Assembly: GCA_036280455.1 (NCBI GenBank)
Contig: DASUQS010000047.1
Location: 1-50,883 of the forward strand
Reading direction: 5' to 3'
From: Acidimicrobiales bacterium
Lineage (GTDB): Bacteria > Actinomycetota > Acidimicrobiia > Acidimicrobiales > VFJN01
DNA: 50,883 nt
Part shown: positions 34,751 through 44,312 of the stretch, one piece after another
How the letters are laid out: the number at the start of each line of letters is the position of its first letter
How positions within the stretch are numbered: position 1 is the first letter of the stretch
The notes under the pieces: generated by a model
Databases searched by the model: none
The model's input: only the letters and a program-made list of their open reading frames with translations
What the model was told of the DNA's origin: nothing
Made by a program: the position numbers and the translations under genes

Positions 34751-36103
34751 TCAGAGGTCGTCGCGGAACTGGATCGAGATGTGGTGCTGCGACGACGCCC
34801 AGTTGGGCACGTTCACCACCTGGGTGCGGCCCGAGCCGGTGCGCGGCCGGAGGGCCACGGTGATCGTGTCGTCCGGCGGGGTGGCCGCCGGCAGGTGGAG
34901 GTCCGCCCCGCTGATGAAGGGCAGGGCGGATACGTCGGGGATCGGCGCCGAGAGGTCGGACGCACCGTCGCTGCCGTCGTCGAACACGAACAGCGCGTTG
35001 ACCCGCTCGGCCCGGGGAGCCAGAGCCGGGGTGACGACGTCGTGGCCGTCCACGGTCAGCACGTCGCCGGCGGGTCCCTGGTCGCCCCACAGCTCCTTGT
35101 AGCGGGTGATCGTCAGGCTGCTGTGGGCGTCGCTCCTGTCGCGCAGCAGGTCGATGCCCGTGCCCGGCTCGGACGTGAGCAGGCGCACCAGGTTGTCGCT
35201 GCGCACGAACGGCGGGACATAGAAGTGGTGGGCCGAGCCGTCGTCGCGGGTGAGCACGAGCTCGTAGTTCTGATGACGGGACGCCCGGAACGGCCCCCAG
35301 GCGCCGTCGTCGCCGATGTCGAAGGTGGCGACCGGTCGCCGCCCGCGCCGGCTGCCGCTGTCCCCGTCGACCTTCCACACCTCGAGGGTGGTGCCCGCAG
35401 CACCGATGTTGGCCGGGAACAGGTTGGCCTCGCCGGAGATGCGGATCCGTCCCCGCTCCGGCACCACCGCGGTCGTGCGCGGCGACCGGCCGGTGAAGAA
35501 CTCGTGGAACTGGGCGAACGTCTCGGCCGACGTCGCCACCTGCACGTGGCTCTGATCCGGCGCGTACCAGTTGGTGGCGCCGACCACCTGGCGGGACGGA
35601 TCGCCCTCGCCCCACACCGCCAGCGTCGGCACCCCGCCCGGCGGCGAGGCCGCGGGCCGACCGTCGATGTTGACGTAGTGGGCCACGGCGGCGGCCCGCT
35701 CGGGCGAGCTGGTGAGGTAGCCCTGCGACACGACCGTGCCCAGGGAGTGGCCGAGCAGGTCGACCTTGTCGGCACCGGTCTGGTCGCGCAGCGTGGCGAT
35801 CAGCTCGTCGAGCCCGGCCCACACGTCGGCCATCGTGTTCGTGCCGAACGTCGAGTCGTACTCGTGCACCGCGATGCGGTCGATCGGGTAGCCGTTGGCG
35901 GCCAGCCGGAGCGCCTGCGTCTCGAACTGGGCACCCGAGCCGAACCCACCGTGGACGAACACGACCGGGCGGGGCGGCTGGTGCCCTCGGCCGACCCCGT
36001 GACGGCCGGCATCGTTCTCGGCGGCGGCGCCGGAGGCCGCGGTGGCGAACGCCGTCACCGCCATGAGGACGGCGCCGAGCGCACCGATGAGCTTGCGTGT
36101 CAT
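34751..36103 (-). CDS. Secreted alpha/beta-hydrolase (lipase/esterase-like) with a C-terminal domain of unknown function
   Basis: It has a signal peptide (MTRKLIGALGAVLMAVTAFATAASGAAA), PVVFVHGGFGSG and the nucleophile elbow GHSLG. The ~250-aa C-terminal beta-rich region was not recognised. Confidence 0.75.
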   Translation of the reverse strand: MTRKLIGALGAVLMAVTAFATAASGAAAENDAGRHGVGRGHQPPRPVVFVHGGFGSGAQFETQALRLAANGYPIDRIAVHEYDSTFGTNTMADVWAGLDELIATLRDQTGADKVDLLGHSLGTVVSQGYLTSSPERAAAVAHYVNIDGRPAASPPGGVPTLAVWGEGDPSRQVVGATNWYAPDQSHVQVATSAETFAQFHEFFTGRSPRTTAVVPERGRIRISGEANLFPANIGAAGTTLEVWKVDGDSGSRRGRRPVATFDIGDDGAWGPFRASRHQNYELVLTRDDGSAHHFYVPPFVRSDNLVRLLTSEPGTGIDLLRDRSDAHSSLTITRYKELWGDQGPAGDVLTVDGHDVVTPALAPRAERVNALFVFDDGSDGASDLSAPIPDVSALPFISGADLHLPAATPPDDTITVALRPRTGSGRTQVVNVPNWASSQHHISIQFRDDL

Positions 36104-36240
36104 GCGTGGACCCCTCGCTGTCCGCCTCGAACGACAGCCCGCCGCCGCAACTGTCTATCGCGTCAGTCAACAAGGGGTGGGAGCGACCGGCCTGAGGTCG
36201 GCCGGCGCGATCCGGTGCCGGATCGTGCCAGGCTGCGGGG

Positions 36241-37770
36241 GTGACCTCGCACGCGGACACACCGCCGATGCCCGCCGGCCCGTTCGCCGGCGGCCCACCC
36301 GCGTCCGCCCTGCGGGTCGCCGCCCCGCGCCTCGCCGGGTTCGGCTGGCGCGAGCTGGTGCGGGGCGCCGAGATCTGGGCCACGATCGTGTTCGTCGTCG
36401 CCCGCGCCGTCGTCATCCACCTGGTGCGCCACCCACGGGCGCTCGTGGCGCTGCGCGGCGACAAGGACGCCCGCACCGCGCTCGCCGAGGCCGCCAGCAC
36501 GGGCCTGGTCGAGGCCTTCATGACGCTCGGGCCCACGTTCGTGAAGCTGGGCCAGCTGATCGCGTCGTCGCCGGGGATGTTCCCCACTCCCCTCGCCGAC
36601 GCGTGCCTGCGCACCCTCTCCGACGTGCCGCCCTTCCCCGCCGACCAGGTGCTCGCCATCGTCGAGGACGACCTCGGCGCGGCCGCCGACCAGGTCTTCG
36701 CCAGCTTCGACCCGGAGCCGCTGTCGGCCGCGTCGATCGCCCAGGTGCACGCCTGCGTCCTGCGTGACGGCCGCCAGGCGGTGCTGAAGGTGCAGCGCCC
36801 CGCCATCGCCGATCGCATGAACCGCGACCTGCGGATCATGTACCGCATCGCCCGCCTGGTCGACCGCACCCGCACGGGCCACCTCATGAACGCCCCGGGC
36901 ATCGTCGAGGACCTGCACCAGGTCACGAACGAGGAGCTGAACTTCGCCCTCGAGGCCCACCGCCAGACGCGGTTCCGCGAGAACATCGACGCCTTCGGCG
37001 ACAACGCCTGGATCACGGCCCCGGAGGTCTACTGGGACCACTGCGGCCCCCGTGTGATCTGCATGGAGCGCCTCTTCGGCACGCCGATGGACCGCTTCGC
37101 AGAGGTGCGCGCCCGGGGCGTCGACGGCGAGCTCGTGCTGCGCCGCGGGCTGAAGGTGTGGATGGAGGCGGCCCTCGTCCACGGTCCGTTCCACGGCGAC
37201 GTGCACGCCGGCAACATCTGGGTGCTCGACGACGGGCGGGCCGCCTACCTCGACTTCGGCATCATGGGCGACCTGCCGCCCGAGCACCGCGACGCCGTGC
37301 GTGACGCCCAGTACACGGTGATGATCGACGGGGACTACACCCGCATCGTGCGGTCCTGGCAGACGATCGGCATCCTCTCCGAGGACGTGGGCCCCGTCGA
37401 GGAGGTGGCCGAGCGGCTCAAGATGGTGCTCGACCCGATGTTCGACATGACGCTCGGCGAGACGAGCCTGGCCGAGATGCTGCGCCAGCAGGTCGAGCTG
37501 CAGCAGGAGTACGGCGCGCGGGCCGCCCGGGAGCTGGTGCTCGTGAGCAAGCAGCTCATGTACTTCGAGCGGTACGCCAAGGAGCTGGCGCCCGACTACA
37601 ACATGGCCCGCGACCTGTTCCTCATCCGCAACGTCTTCCCCGAGGCGGTGGCGGCCACCGCGGCCGAGCGGGGGGTCACGCTGCCGGACGACTCGGTGCC
37701 CAACATGCGCCCGGTCCCGGCCCCGAGGCTCGACGCCGACAGCGGCCTCGACCCCGACGTCGTCGCCTGA
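36241..37770 (+). CDS. ABC1/UbiB-family atypical kinase
   Basis: Contains LGPTFVKLGQLIASSPGMFP, FDPEPLSAASIAQVHACVLRDGRQAVLKVQRP and HGDVHAGN. The start is GTG. Confidence 0.85.
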   Translation: MTSHADTPPMPAGPFAGGPPASALRVAAPRLAGFGWRELVRGAEIWATIVFVVARAVVIHLVRHPRALVALRGDKDARTALAEAASTGLVEAFMTLGPTFVKLGQLIASSPGMFPTPLADACLRTLSDVPPFPADQVLAIVEDDLGAAADQVFASFDPEPLSAASIAQVHACVLRDGRQAVLKVQRPAIADRMNRDLRIMYRIARLVDRTRTGHLMNAPGIVEDLHQVTNEELNFALEAHRQTRFRENIDAFGDNAWITAPEVYWDHCGPRVICMERLFGTPMDRFAEVRARGVDGELVLRRGLKVWMEAALVHGPFHGDVHAGNIWVLDDGRAAYLDFGIMGDLPPEHRDAVRDAQYTVMIDGDYTRIVRSWQTIGILSEDVGPVEEVAERLKMVLDPMFDMTLGETSLAEMLRQQVELQQEYGARAARELVLVSKQLMYFERYAKELAPDYNMARDLFLIRNVFPEAVAATAAERGVTLPDDSVPNMRPVPAPRLDADSGLDPDVVA

Positions 37771-37849
37771 TCCCGGGAGGGACGCCGGATCATCCACGGC
37801 CTTCGCCCACACGCAACCGTGCAGTTGCACATGCGCGTGGGCGTGGTGG

Positions 37850-39379
37850 TCACGTGAAGATGCCCTGCCCGGGGGTGAGCACCTGGTCGGGGTCGTACCA
37901 GTGCTTGGCGGCCTTGACGCGCCACCAGTCACGGCCGTAGTGGGCAGCCCAGTCGTCGGTGGTCAGGCCGGGCACCGCGCCGATGATGTAGCGCTTGCCG
38001 CCGAGGCCCACGGCGAGATCGTGGAAGGCGCGGTTCTGGGCGAGCATCGCGTCGATGTCCGCACCCGGGAACGGGAACCGCAGCAGCGTGAGCTGGAACG
38101 CCTGCGGCGACCCGGGCACCTCGAACAGCGGCCTGTGGAGCGTGTCCGTGCGGAACGGGACCACGGTGGCCAGACCAGCTCCCAACTCCGCCGGGTCGAG
38201 CTCGGCGCTCACCTGGGCGAAGAACTCCTGCGCCCGATCCCCCGGGACGAACAGGCTCAGCCACGGCTTGGGCAGATCCCACAGCCCTGCGTCGCGCAGG
38301 ATGGTCACCAGGGGGTCGACCCGGTGCACCCACTCGAGGTAGGTCAGGTCGACGACCTCGAGGCTGGTGCGGTCGTCGGCCAGGCCGGCCAGCAAGCGGT
38401 CCTGGTCCGGCGCGTCCGGCGGCGTGTAGTAGACGCCGACCTCCATCATGTAGCGCCACCCCGAGCCGTCCGACCGAGGCGCCAACTGGCCCTCCTGGTA
38501 GGTGAACCGCTCGTCGCCCATGACCATGAGCTGGTCGGCCAGGTAGGTCGCGAGGTCGTCGTAGAAGACGTTGAAGATCACGGCCCGGGTCTCCGCCGGG
38601 ACGAGCGCCACCCTGACGCGCACGATGATGCCGACCTGGCCCGCCCCGGCGAGCACCGCGTCGAACAGGCCCCGGCGCCGGTGGGGCGAACAGGTCACGA
38701 CCTCGCCGCGTCCGGTGACCACCTCGAGCTCGCGGACGGTGTCGACCACCGCCCCGTTGCGCTGCATCGTGCCCCCGGTGCCGCCGACGCTGAGGGTGCC
38801 GCCCACCGAGAGGTGGAGGAAGTCCGGAAGCGCCGGCGGCGTCTGCCCCGCCTCGGCGGCTGCGGCGACGAGCTCCGCCCAGGTGACGCCTGCATCGACG
38901 TCGGCGAGCCCGTCGCCGACATCGTGGATCGTCGACAGCCCCTTCGCGTCGATGGCGATGCCGCCGTCCACCAGCGCCTGGCCGTAGTTGGAGTGCGATT
39001 CGGGCGGGCCGGCGGTGCTCCCCTGCCCGTTCATGGCGATCGCCAACCGGTGCCGCCGGGCGAAGCGCACCATCGCGGCCACGTCGGCCACCGACCCGGG
39101 GCGCAGCACGGCGTGCGGGACGGCGGTGACCAAGCGCCCGAAGTCGCCAGAGAACGACTCGAGCACGTCGGGCGCCGTCTCGACGGTGCCGTCGAGACGC
39201 GGCAACGGCGCGAGGCCACCACCGGGACGCCCCTCGTCCCCTGGACGTCCGTCACTCCCGCCCGCGGCCTCCGCCGCCGTCACCCAGGACCGGCGGGTGG
39301 CGCTCCACCCGATCACGGCCGCCCCGGCCATCCCCGTGATCACGCCGCGCCGCGTGATCCCACTCGTGCTCCGGTCCAT
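37850..39379 (-). CDS. Tat-signal FAD-binding oxidoreductase (PCMH-type, cytokinin-dehydrogenase-like)
   Basis: The twin-arginine signal is SGITRRGVITGMAGAAVIGWSA. The FAD-binding domain includes AMNGQGSTAGP and LSVGGTLSVGGTGG. The C-terminal substrate domain is CKX-like by eye. The start is ATG 39379. Confidence 0.7.
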   Translation of the reverse strand: MDRSTSGITRRGVITGMAGAAVIGWSATRRSWVTAAEAAGGSDGRPGDEGRPGGGLAPLPRLDGTVETAPDVLESFSGDFGRLVTAVPHAVLRPGSVADVAAMVRFARRHRLAIAMNGQGSTAGPPESHSNYGQALVDGGIAIDAKGLSTIHDVGDGLADVDAGVTWAELVAAAAEAGQTPPALPDFLHLSVGGTLSVGGTGGTMQRNGAVVDTVRELEVVTGRGEVVTCSPHRRRGLFDAVLAGAGQVGIIVRVRVALVPAETRAVIFNVFYDDLATYLADQLMVMGDERFTYQEGQLAPRSDGSGWRYMMEVGVYYTPPDAPDQDRLLAGLADDRTSLEVVDLTYLEWVHRVDPLVTILRDAGLWDLPKPWLSLFVPGDRAQEFFAQVSAELDPAELGAGLATVVPFRTDTLHRPLFEVPGSPQAFQLTLLRFPFPGADIDAMLAQNRAFHDLAVGLGGKRYIIGAVPGLTTDDWAAHYGRDWWRVKAAKHWYDPDQVLTPGQGIFT

Positions 39380-39428
39380 GTCGTCGTCTCCGCTCTCGTC
39401 GTGTGCCCGTGGCGCCTCGTGCAACGCG

Positions 39429-40253
39429 TCAGGCCCCCGGCTTGCGCCCGACGCCGACGTGCAGCGGATTGGCGTCGCCGTTCGGCTGCGCCGACTCGGC
39501 ATCGGGGCGCCAGTCGTCGACCGGCACCAGCCCGGGCTCGACCATCTCCAGCCCCGCGAAGTAGGCCGCCACCGCGTCGCGGTCGCGGAAGAGCAGCGGC
39601 TCGTCCATCTCCGCGTCGAGCTGTTCGCCGGCCTCGACGTACCCGTCCGCGTGGATGTCGCTCGCCAGGTGCGACACCACCAGGTAGCTGCCCGCGGGCA
39701 CGCCGGCCATGTACCGAGCCACCAGCCCCGCCGGATCGTCGGCGTCGCGCAGGTGGTGCAGCAGCCCGACCATCATCACGGCGACCGGCTCGGATGCGAG
39801 GTCGAGCAGGTCAGCGGCCCGGGCGAGGATCTTCTCGTGGGCGCGGACGTCCTCGAGCAGGAAGGTCGTCGAGCCTTCGGTCCCCCGCAGCAGCACGTGC
39901 GCGTGGGCGAGCACCACCGGATCCTGGTCGACGTAGACGATGCGGGCGTCGGATGCCTCCTGGAGCGCCACGGCGTGGACGTTGTCGCCGGCGGGGATGC
40001 CGGTGCCGAGGTCGAGGAACTGGCGAACGCCGGCCTCGCGGACCAGATGGCGGACGGCGCGGACGAGGAAGGCGCGGTTCGCCTGCACCTCGGCCCGGAC
40101 GCGTGCGAGACCACCCGCCATCTCGGCAGCGGCCTCGGCGGCCGCGCGATCGACGGCGAAGTTCGTCTCGCCACCGAGGAAGTAGTCGTAGACGCGGGCC
40201 GCGTGCGGCACGGTCTCGTCGATCCCCCGGAGCTCGGATCTTTGGTCCGACAT
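39429..40253 (-). CDS. SAM-dependent methyltransferase (DUF574-type)
   Basis: Contains ARVYDYFLGGETNFAVDR, FLDLGTGIP and YVDQDPVVLAH. This is the characteristic actinobacterial DUF574 pattern. Confidence 0.8.
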   Translation of the reverse strand: MSDQRSELRGIDETVPHAARVYDYFLGGETNFAVDRAAAEAAAEMAGGLARVRAEVQANRAFLVRAVRHLVREAGVRQFLDLGTGIPAGDNVHAVALQEASDARIVYVDQDPVVLAHAHVLLRGTEGSTTFLLEDVRAHEKILARAADLLDLASEPVAVMMVGLLHHLRDADDPAGLVARYMAGVPAGSYLVVSHLASDIHADGYVEAGEQLDAEMDEPLLFRDRDAVAAYFAGLEMVEPGLVPVDDWRPDAESAQPNGDANPLHVGVGRKPGA

Positions 40254-40314
40254 GCCTCATCCCCGCAGTGTTGGCCCGCCTCCGCACCGTAGCGCGTCGA
40301 GAATCAGGGCTCCG

Positions 40315-42321
40315 TCACGCCGCCAGAGCCTTCGGCAACGGGTCGGCGTGGATCACCACCAGTTCCTGCACGGCCCGCGTGAGGGCGACGTACAGCAGGC
40401 GCAGTCCCCGGGCGGAGTCGCCCGCGATGGCGGCAGGCTCGACGACCACGACGGCGTCGAACTCCAGGCCCTTGGCGTCCGGCGGGTCGAGGACGGTGAC
40501 GCGCGCCCGGCGATCGGCGGGAAGGCCGGCCACCGCCTCGTCGACCGCGCCGGACAGGTCCCGCGGCCGGACGACACCGACCGTCGTGTAGGTGTCGACC
40601 AGCTCGCCCACCGCCGCCACGACCGCCGCCCCACCCCCGTCCGGAGCGACCGCGACGAACGCCGGCTCCCGGCCGTCGAGTCGCACCGACCGGCACGGGG
40701 TCACATCCGGGGCCGCCTCGGCGAGCAGCCCGTTGGCCATGTCCATGATCGACGCGGGGACGCGGTAGCCGAGGTCGAGGTCGGCGCGCTGGGCGGAGGC
40801 CGGCCCGCCGAGGTGGGCGATGGCGTCCTCCCACGACTCCTGCGCGCCCGGGGCGGTGGCCTGGGCAAGGTCGCCGAGCACGGTCATCGATGCATCCGGG
40901 CTGCGGCGGGCGAGGCATCGCAGCCCCATCGCCGTGAGGTCCTGCGCCTCGTCGACGACGATGTGGCCGTAGCTGCGGGGCGGCCCGGCGACGGCAGCGT
41001 CCGCCTCGTCGAGCAGCGCGAGGTCGGCCGGCGTCCACGGCTCGTCGGCCACCCGGCGGGCGCTCCGCCGACGGATGGTCGCCTGCTCGTCCTCCGACAG
41101 CACGCCGGCGGCCGCCGCGGCGAGGGCGGCCCTGTTGCCGAGCAGGCGCCGGACCAGTGCCGGGGCGCCGAGCTGGGGCCAGATCCGGTCGAGGGTGCGC
41201 GCCCACTCCCGGTTGGACCGCAGGTCGGCGTCGACGGCGTCGGTGGTGACGATCTCGTCGCTGCGCCGCCGCAGGAGGTCGGCCCGGACGAGCCGGGCCA
41301 TCCGGGTGCGGAACGCGCCCCGTCCGACGTTGTGGGGAACGTCGCGCTCGCGCACGGCCTCGAGTGCCTCGGCCACCGCGTCGCGGGTGATGCGGGCGGT
41401 CCCCCACATCGTGGTCACCGCCAGATCGTCGTCCGGGGGGCGGATCGACGCGGCCACGGCGCGGGCGATCACCGAGGCCATGCGGGCGTCGCCCTTCAAC
41501 GCCGCGGCGACGTCGCTGTCGGCGCCGACGGCCCGGTAGGTGGTGCCGGCCAGAAGGCGGTCGAGGGTGGTCTGGCGAGCGGCCGTCTCGCCCAACGACG
41601 GCAGCACCTGGGCGATGTACCGCAGGAAGATCGGGTTGGGACCGATCACCAGCACGCCCTGCACGTCGAGTTGCCGGCGGTGCTCGTAGAGGAGGAAGGC
41701 GGCGCGGTGCAGCCCGACCGCCGTCTTGCCCGTGCCGGGCCCGCCCTGCACGACGAGGCACGTGTCGAGCGGCGCGCGGATGACGACGTCCTGCTCGCCC
41801 GCGATGGTGGCGACGATGTCGCGCATCTCCCCGGTGCGCTCCCGCTCCAGCTCGGCGAGCAGCGGATCGGGGATGCCGCCGTGGTGGGCGGCGTCGACGC
41901 TGTCGGGGTCGTCGAACACCTCGTCGAACAGGTCGTCGATGCGGCGGTCGGTCATCATGAACCGCCGCCGGCGCCGCAGGCCCTGGGCGTCGACGGCGGT
42001 GGCGCGGTAGAAGGGCGTGGCCACCTCGGCGCGCCAGTCGACCACCACGGCGTCGCCTCGGGCGTCCTCGACGTGGCGCCGGCCGACGTACCACGTGTCG
42101 TCGTCCTCGTCGTCGAGGCGGCCGAAGCTCAGGCCGGGAACGTCCGCGTCGAGGGTTGCGAGCCGGTGGCGCAGGTGGGCCTGGGCGATCGCCGAGTCGA
42201 CGGCCTGGGCCGCCGACTCGGTGATGTCGGCGGCCCGCGCCGTCTTGTCGCGCATCGCCGCGAGGCAGCGGTAGGCCTCGTCGACGTACGCCTGCTCGGT
42301 TGCGAGATCGGGGTGTGCCAC
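40315..42321 (-). CDS. helD: HelD-like superfamily-1 helicase (UvrD/Rep-related RNA-polymerase-associated ATPase)
   Basis: The N-terminal segment (EQAYVDEAYRCLAAMRD...) looks coiled-coil-like. Walker A is VVQGGPGTGKTAVG, and IVVDEAQDLT and the C-terminal LYVALTRAVQELVVI are also present. Confidence 0.8.
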   Translation of the reverse strand: MAHPDLATEQAYVDEAYRCLAAMRDKTARAADITESAAQAVDSAIAQAHLRHRLATLDADVPGLSFGRLDDEDDDTWYVGRRHVEDARGDAVVVDWRAEVATPFYRATAVDAQGLRRRRRFMMTDRRIDDLFDEVFDDPDSVDAAHHGGIPDPLLAELERERTGEMRDIVATIAGEQDVVIRAPLDTCLVVQGGPGTGKTAVGLHRAAFLLYEHRRQLDVQGVLVIGPNPIFLRYIAQVLPSLGETAARQTTLDRLLAGTTYRAVGADSDVAAALKGDARMASVIARAVAASIRPPDDDLAVTTMWGTARITRDAVAEALEAVRERDVPHNVGRGAFRTRMARLVRADLLRRRSDEIVTTDAVDADLRSNREWARTLDRIWPQLGAPALVRRLLGNRAALAAAAAGVLSEDEQATIRRRSARRVADEPWTPADLALLDEADAAVAGPPRSYGHIVVDEAQDLTAMGLRCLARRSPDASMTVLGDLAQATAPGAQESWEDAIAHLGGPASAQRADLDLGYRVPASIMDMANGLLAEAAPDVTPCRSVRLDGREPAFVAVAPDGGGAAVVAAVGELVDTYTTVGVVRPRDLSGAVDEAVAGLPADRRARVTVLDPPDAKGLEFDAVVVVEPAAIAGDSARGLRLLYVALTRAVQELVVIHADPLPKALAA

Positions 42322-42528
42322 CGTGTGCCTCCGCGCGCGACGACCCGCCCCGGCGACCCGCCGGGGTGGGGGTCGATGACCCTAGCGGAGCGCGGCATCG
42401 GGGACGTGACGCATTTCTCGTCGTCAAACGGAAAAAAGGCGCACGAAGGGCACGTGGATTCTCACGGATCGTGTCATCCTGCGATCGGGCCGCGGTCACC
42501 CCGTCCGCGGCGCCGGGGGAGGATCTCC

Positions 42529-44193
42529 ATGGAACGACTGTCAGGCCTGGACTCCGCGTTCCTGGCCATGGAAACGCCGACGATGCACCTGCACGTGGGC
42601 ATCACTGCGGTCATCGACCCGACCACGATGACCGCGCCGTACTCGTACACCCGGCTCCGGTCGTTCATCGCCGGGCGGCTGATGACCCACCCCACCTTCC
42701 GGCGGCGGGTCGTCGAGGTGCCGTTCGGCCTCAACCACGCACTCTGGGTCGAGGACCCCGACCTCGACCTCGACGCCCACATCAGCCGGCACGTGCTCCC
42801 CGCCCCCGGTGGGCCGCGCGAGCTGGCCGACCTGACGGCCGCGATCGTCGGCGTGCCCCTCGACCGGTCGCGGCCCCTGTGGGAGATCCACGTCGTCGAG
42901 GGCCTGCACGACGGCAACGTCGCCCTCATCGGCAAGATCCACCACGCTGCCGTCGACGGCATCTCCGGCGCCGACCTGTTCGTCCACCTCTTCGACCTCA
43001 CGCCGACGCCGGCCGAGCCCACCACCAGCGTGGGCCCCGACGGCCCCGGGGTGGACGACGGTGCTGCGGATGACGGCGGGGGCGCGACCGTCCCGTCCCC
43101 GTCGGCGACGGACCGCATGCCGTCGGACATCGAGCTGATCGGGCAGGCCCTCGTGTCCCAGGCCCGACGCACGCTGACCCTTCCCCGGCTCCTCGGGCGC
43201 ACGGCCCGCACCGCCACCCACCTCGTCAACCGGCACCGCGACCCGGAGGCCGCCGTCGGTGCCGTGCCCCTCCGTGCCCCGCGCACGCCCTGGTCAGCAG
43301 CGATCTCCTCCGAGCGCACGGTCGCCTTCGCCCGGGTGCGGCTCAGCGACGTCAAGCGCGTCCGCACCGTCTTCGACGTGAAGGTGAACGACGTGGTCCT
43401 CGCCGTGGTCTCCGGCGCGACCCGCCGCTACCTCGCGGCGCGCGACGCGCTCCCCCGCGAACCGCTGGTGGCCATGTGCCCGGTGTCGGTGCGCGGCGAG
43501 GACGAGAGGGGCCGCGCCGACAACCGCGTGTCGGCCATGTTCGTGCACCTGCGCACCGACGTGGCGGACGTGGCCGACCGCGTGAGCGCCATCGCCCGCA
43601 CGACCCGCGGCGCCAAGGCGGACCACAACGCCGTCGGGGCCACGTTCCTGCAGAGCTGGGCCGATCACGTCGCGCCGAACGCCTACGCGGTCGCCGCGCG
43701 CCTGTACTCACGGCTCAACATCGCCGATCGCCACCCACCGGTCTACAACGTCGTGGTGTCGAACGTCCCGGGCCCCGACTTCCCCCTGTACCTCGACGGT
43801 GCCCGACTCGTCGCCACGTACCCGATGGGGCCGGTCATGGAGGGCGCGGGCCTCAACGTGACCGTGCTGTCCTACCTGGACAACGTCGACTTCGGCTTCC
43901 TCGCCGGCGCGGAACTGGTGCCCGACCTCAGCGAGCTGGCCGACCACATCGACGACGCCATGGCCGAGCTGCTGGCCGCAGCCGACGCCCTCGACCCGCG
44001 GGACGCGGCGCCGGCAACGCCGGTGGCCGCGCCGCCGGTAGCCCCTGCCCCGACGATGCCGGCTGCCCCGGCCCCGTCACCCGGCGCGAGCGCAGGACCG
44101 GCGGCACCTGCCGCGGGACGACCGCGACGCCCGCGTCGCGAACCGGTGCGGACCACGGCGTCGGTCGCCCGCGCCGGCAGCCGCGCCGATTGA
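42529..44193 (+). CDS. Wax ester synthase / diacylglycerol acyltransferase (WS/DGAT)
   Basis: Begins MERLSGLDSAFLAMETPTMHLHVG, has the active-site HHAAVDG, and SNVPGPDFPLYLDGA. SD GGGGGAGG precedes ATG 42529. The upstream 759 codons of track ORF 40252..44193 are antisense to helD. Confidence 0.9.
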   Translation: MERLSGLDSAFLAMETPTMHLHVGITAVIDPTTMTAPYSYTRLRSFIAGRLMTHPTFRRRVVEVPFGLNHALWVEDPDLDLDAHISRHVLPAPGGPRELADLTAAIVGVPLDRSRPLWEIHVVEGLHDGNVALIGKIHHAAVDGISGADLFVHLFDLTPTPAEPTTSVGPDGPGVDDGAADDGGGATVPSPSATDRMPSDIELIGQALVSQARRTLTLPRLLGRTARTATHLVNRHRDPEAAVGAVPLRAPRTPWSAAISSERTVAFARVRLSDVKRVRTVFDVKVNDVVLAVVSGATRRYLAARDALPREPLVAMCPVSVRGEDERGRADNRVSAMFVHLRTDVADVADRVSAIARTTRGAKADHNAVGATFLQSWADHVAPNAYAVAARLYSRLNIADRHPPVYNVVVSNVPGPDFPLYLDGARLVATYPMGPVMEGAGLNVTVLSYLDNVDFGFLAGAELVPDLSELADHIDDAMAELLAAADALDPRDAAPATPVAAPPVAPAPTMPAAPAPSPGASAGPAAPAAGRPRRPRREPVRTTASVARAGSRAD

Positions 44194-44312
44194 CGCGGGG
44201 GAGTCCGGACGGGCCGGTGCGGGGCTGGCGCCGAGTCCCCGGCGGCGGGGCGCTGCACGTGCGCTGACCACGCAGGTGACCGGCCGGCCTGGCCGGAACG
44301 GTGGCGCAGGGG

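Noticed and set aside
31975-40591. Long ORFs 31975..34863 (+), 32720..34558 (-), 34419..37016 (-), 36163..37932 (-) and 37901..40591 (+)
   Set aside because: Each spans several well-supported genes in the wrong frame or strand. Their translations are dominated by Arg/Gly/Pro/Ala runs. They are high-GC open-frame artefacts.
40252-42528. N-terminal 759 codons of the 1,313-aa plus-strand ORF, and the 731-aa minus ORF 40304..42499
   Set aside because: The first is antisense and the second off-frame to the helD-like gene. The WS/DGAT gene has its own SD and ATG at 42529.
42322-42528. Looked for a rifamycin-associated-element-type inverted repeat upstream of the helD-like gene
   Set aside because: I saw no convincing GC-rich ~19-bp inverted repeat in the 207-nt region. 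I therefore make no claim of rifamycin-inducible regulation.
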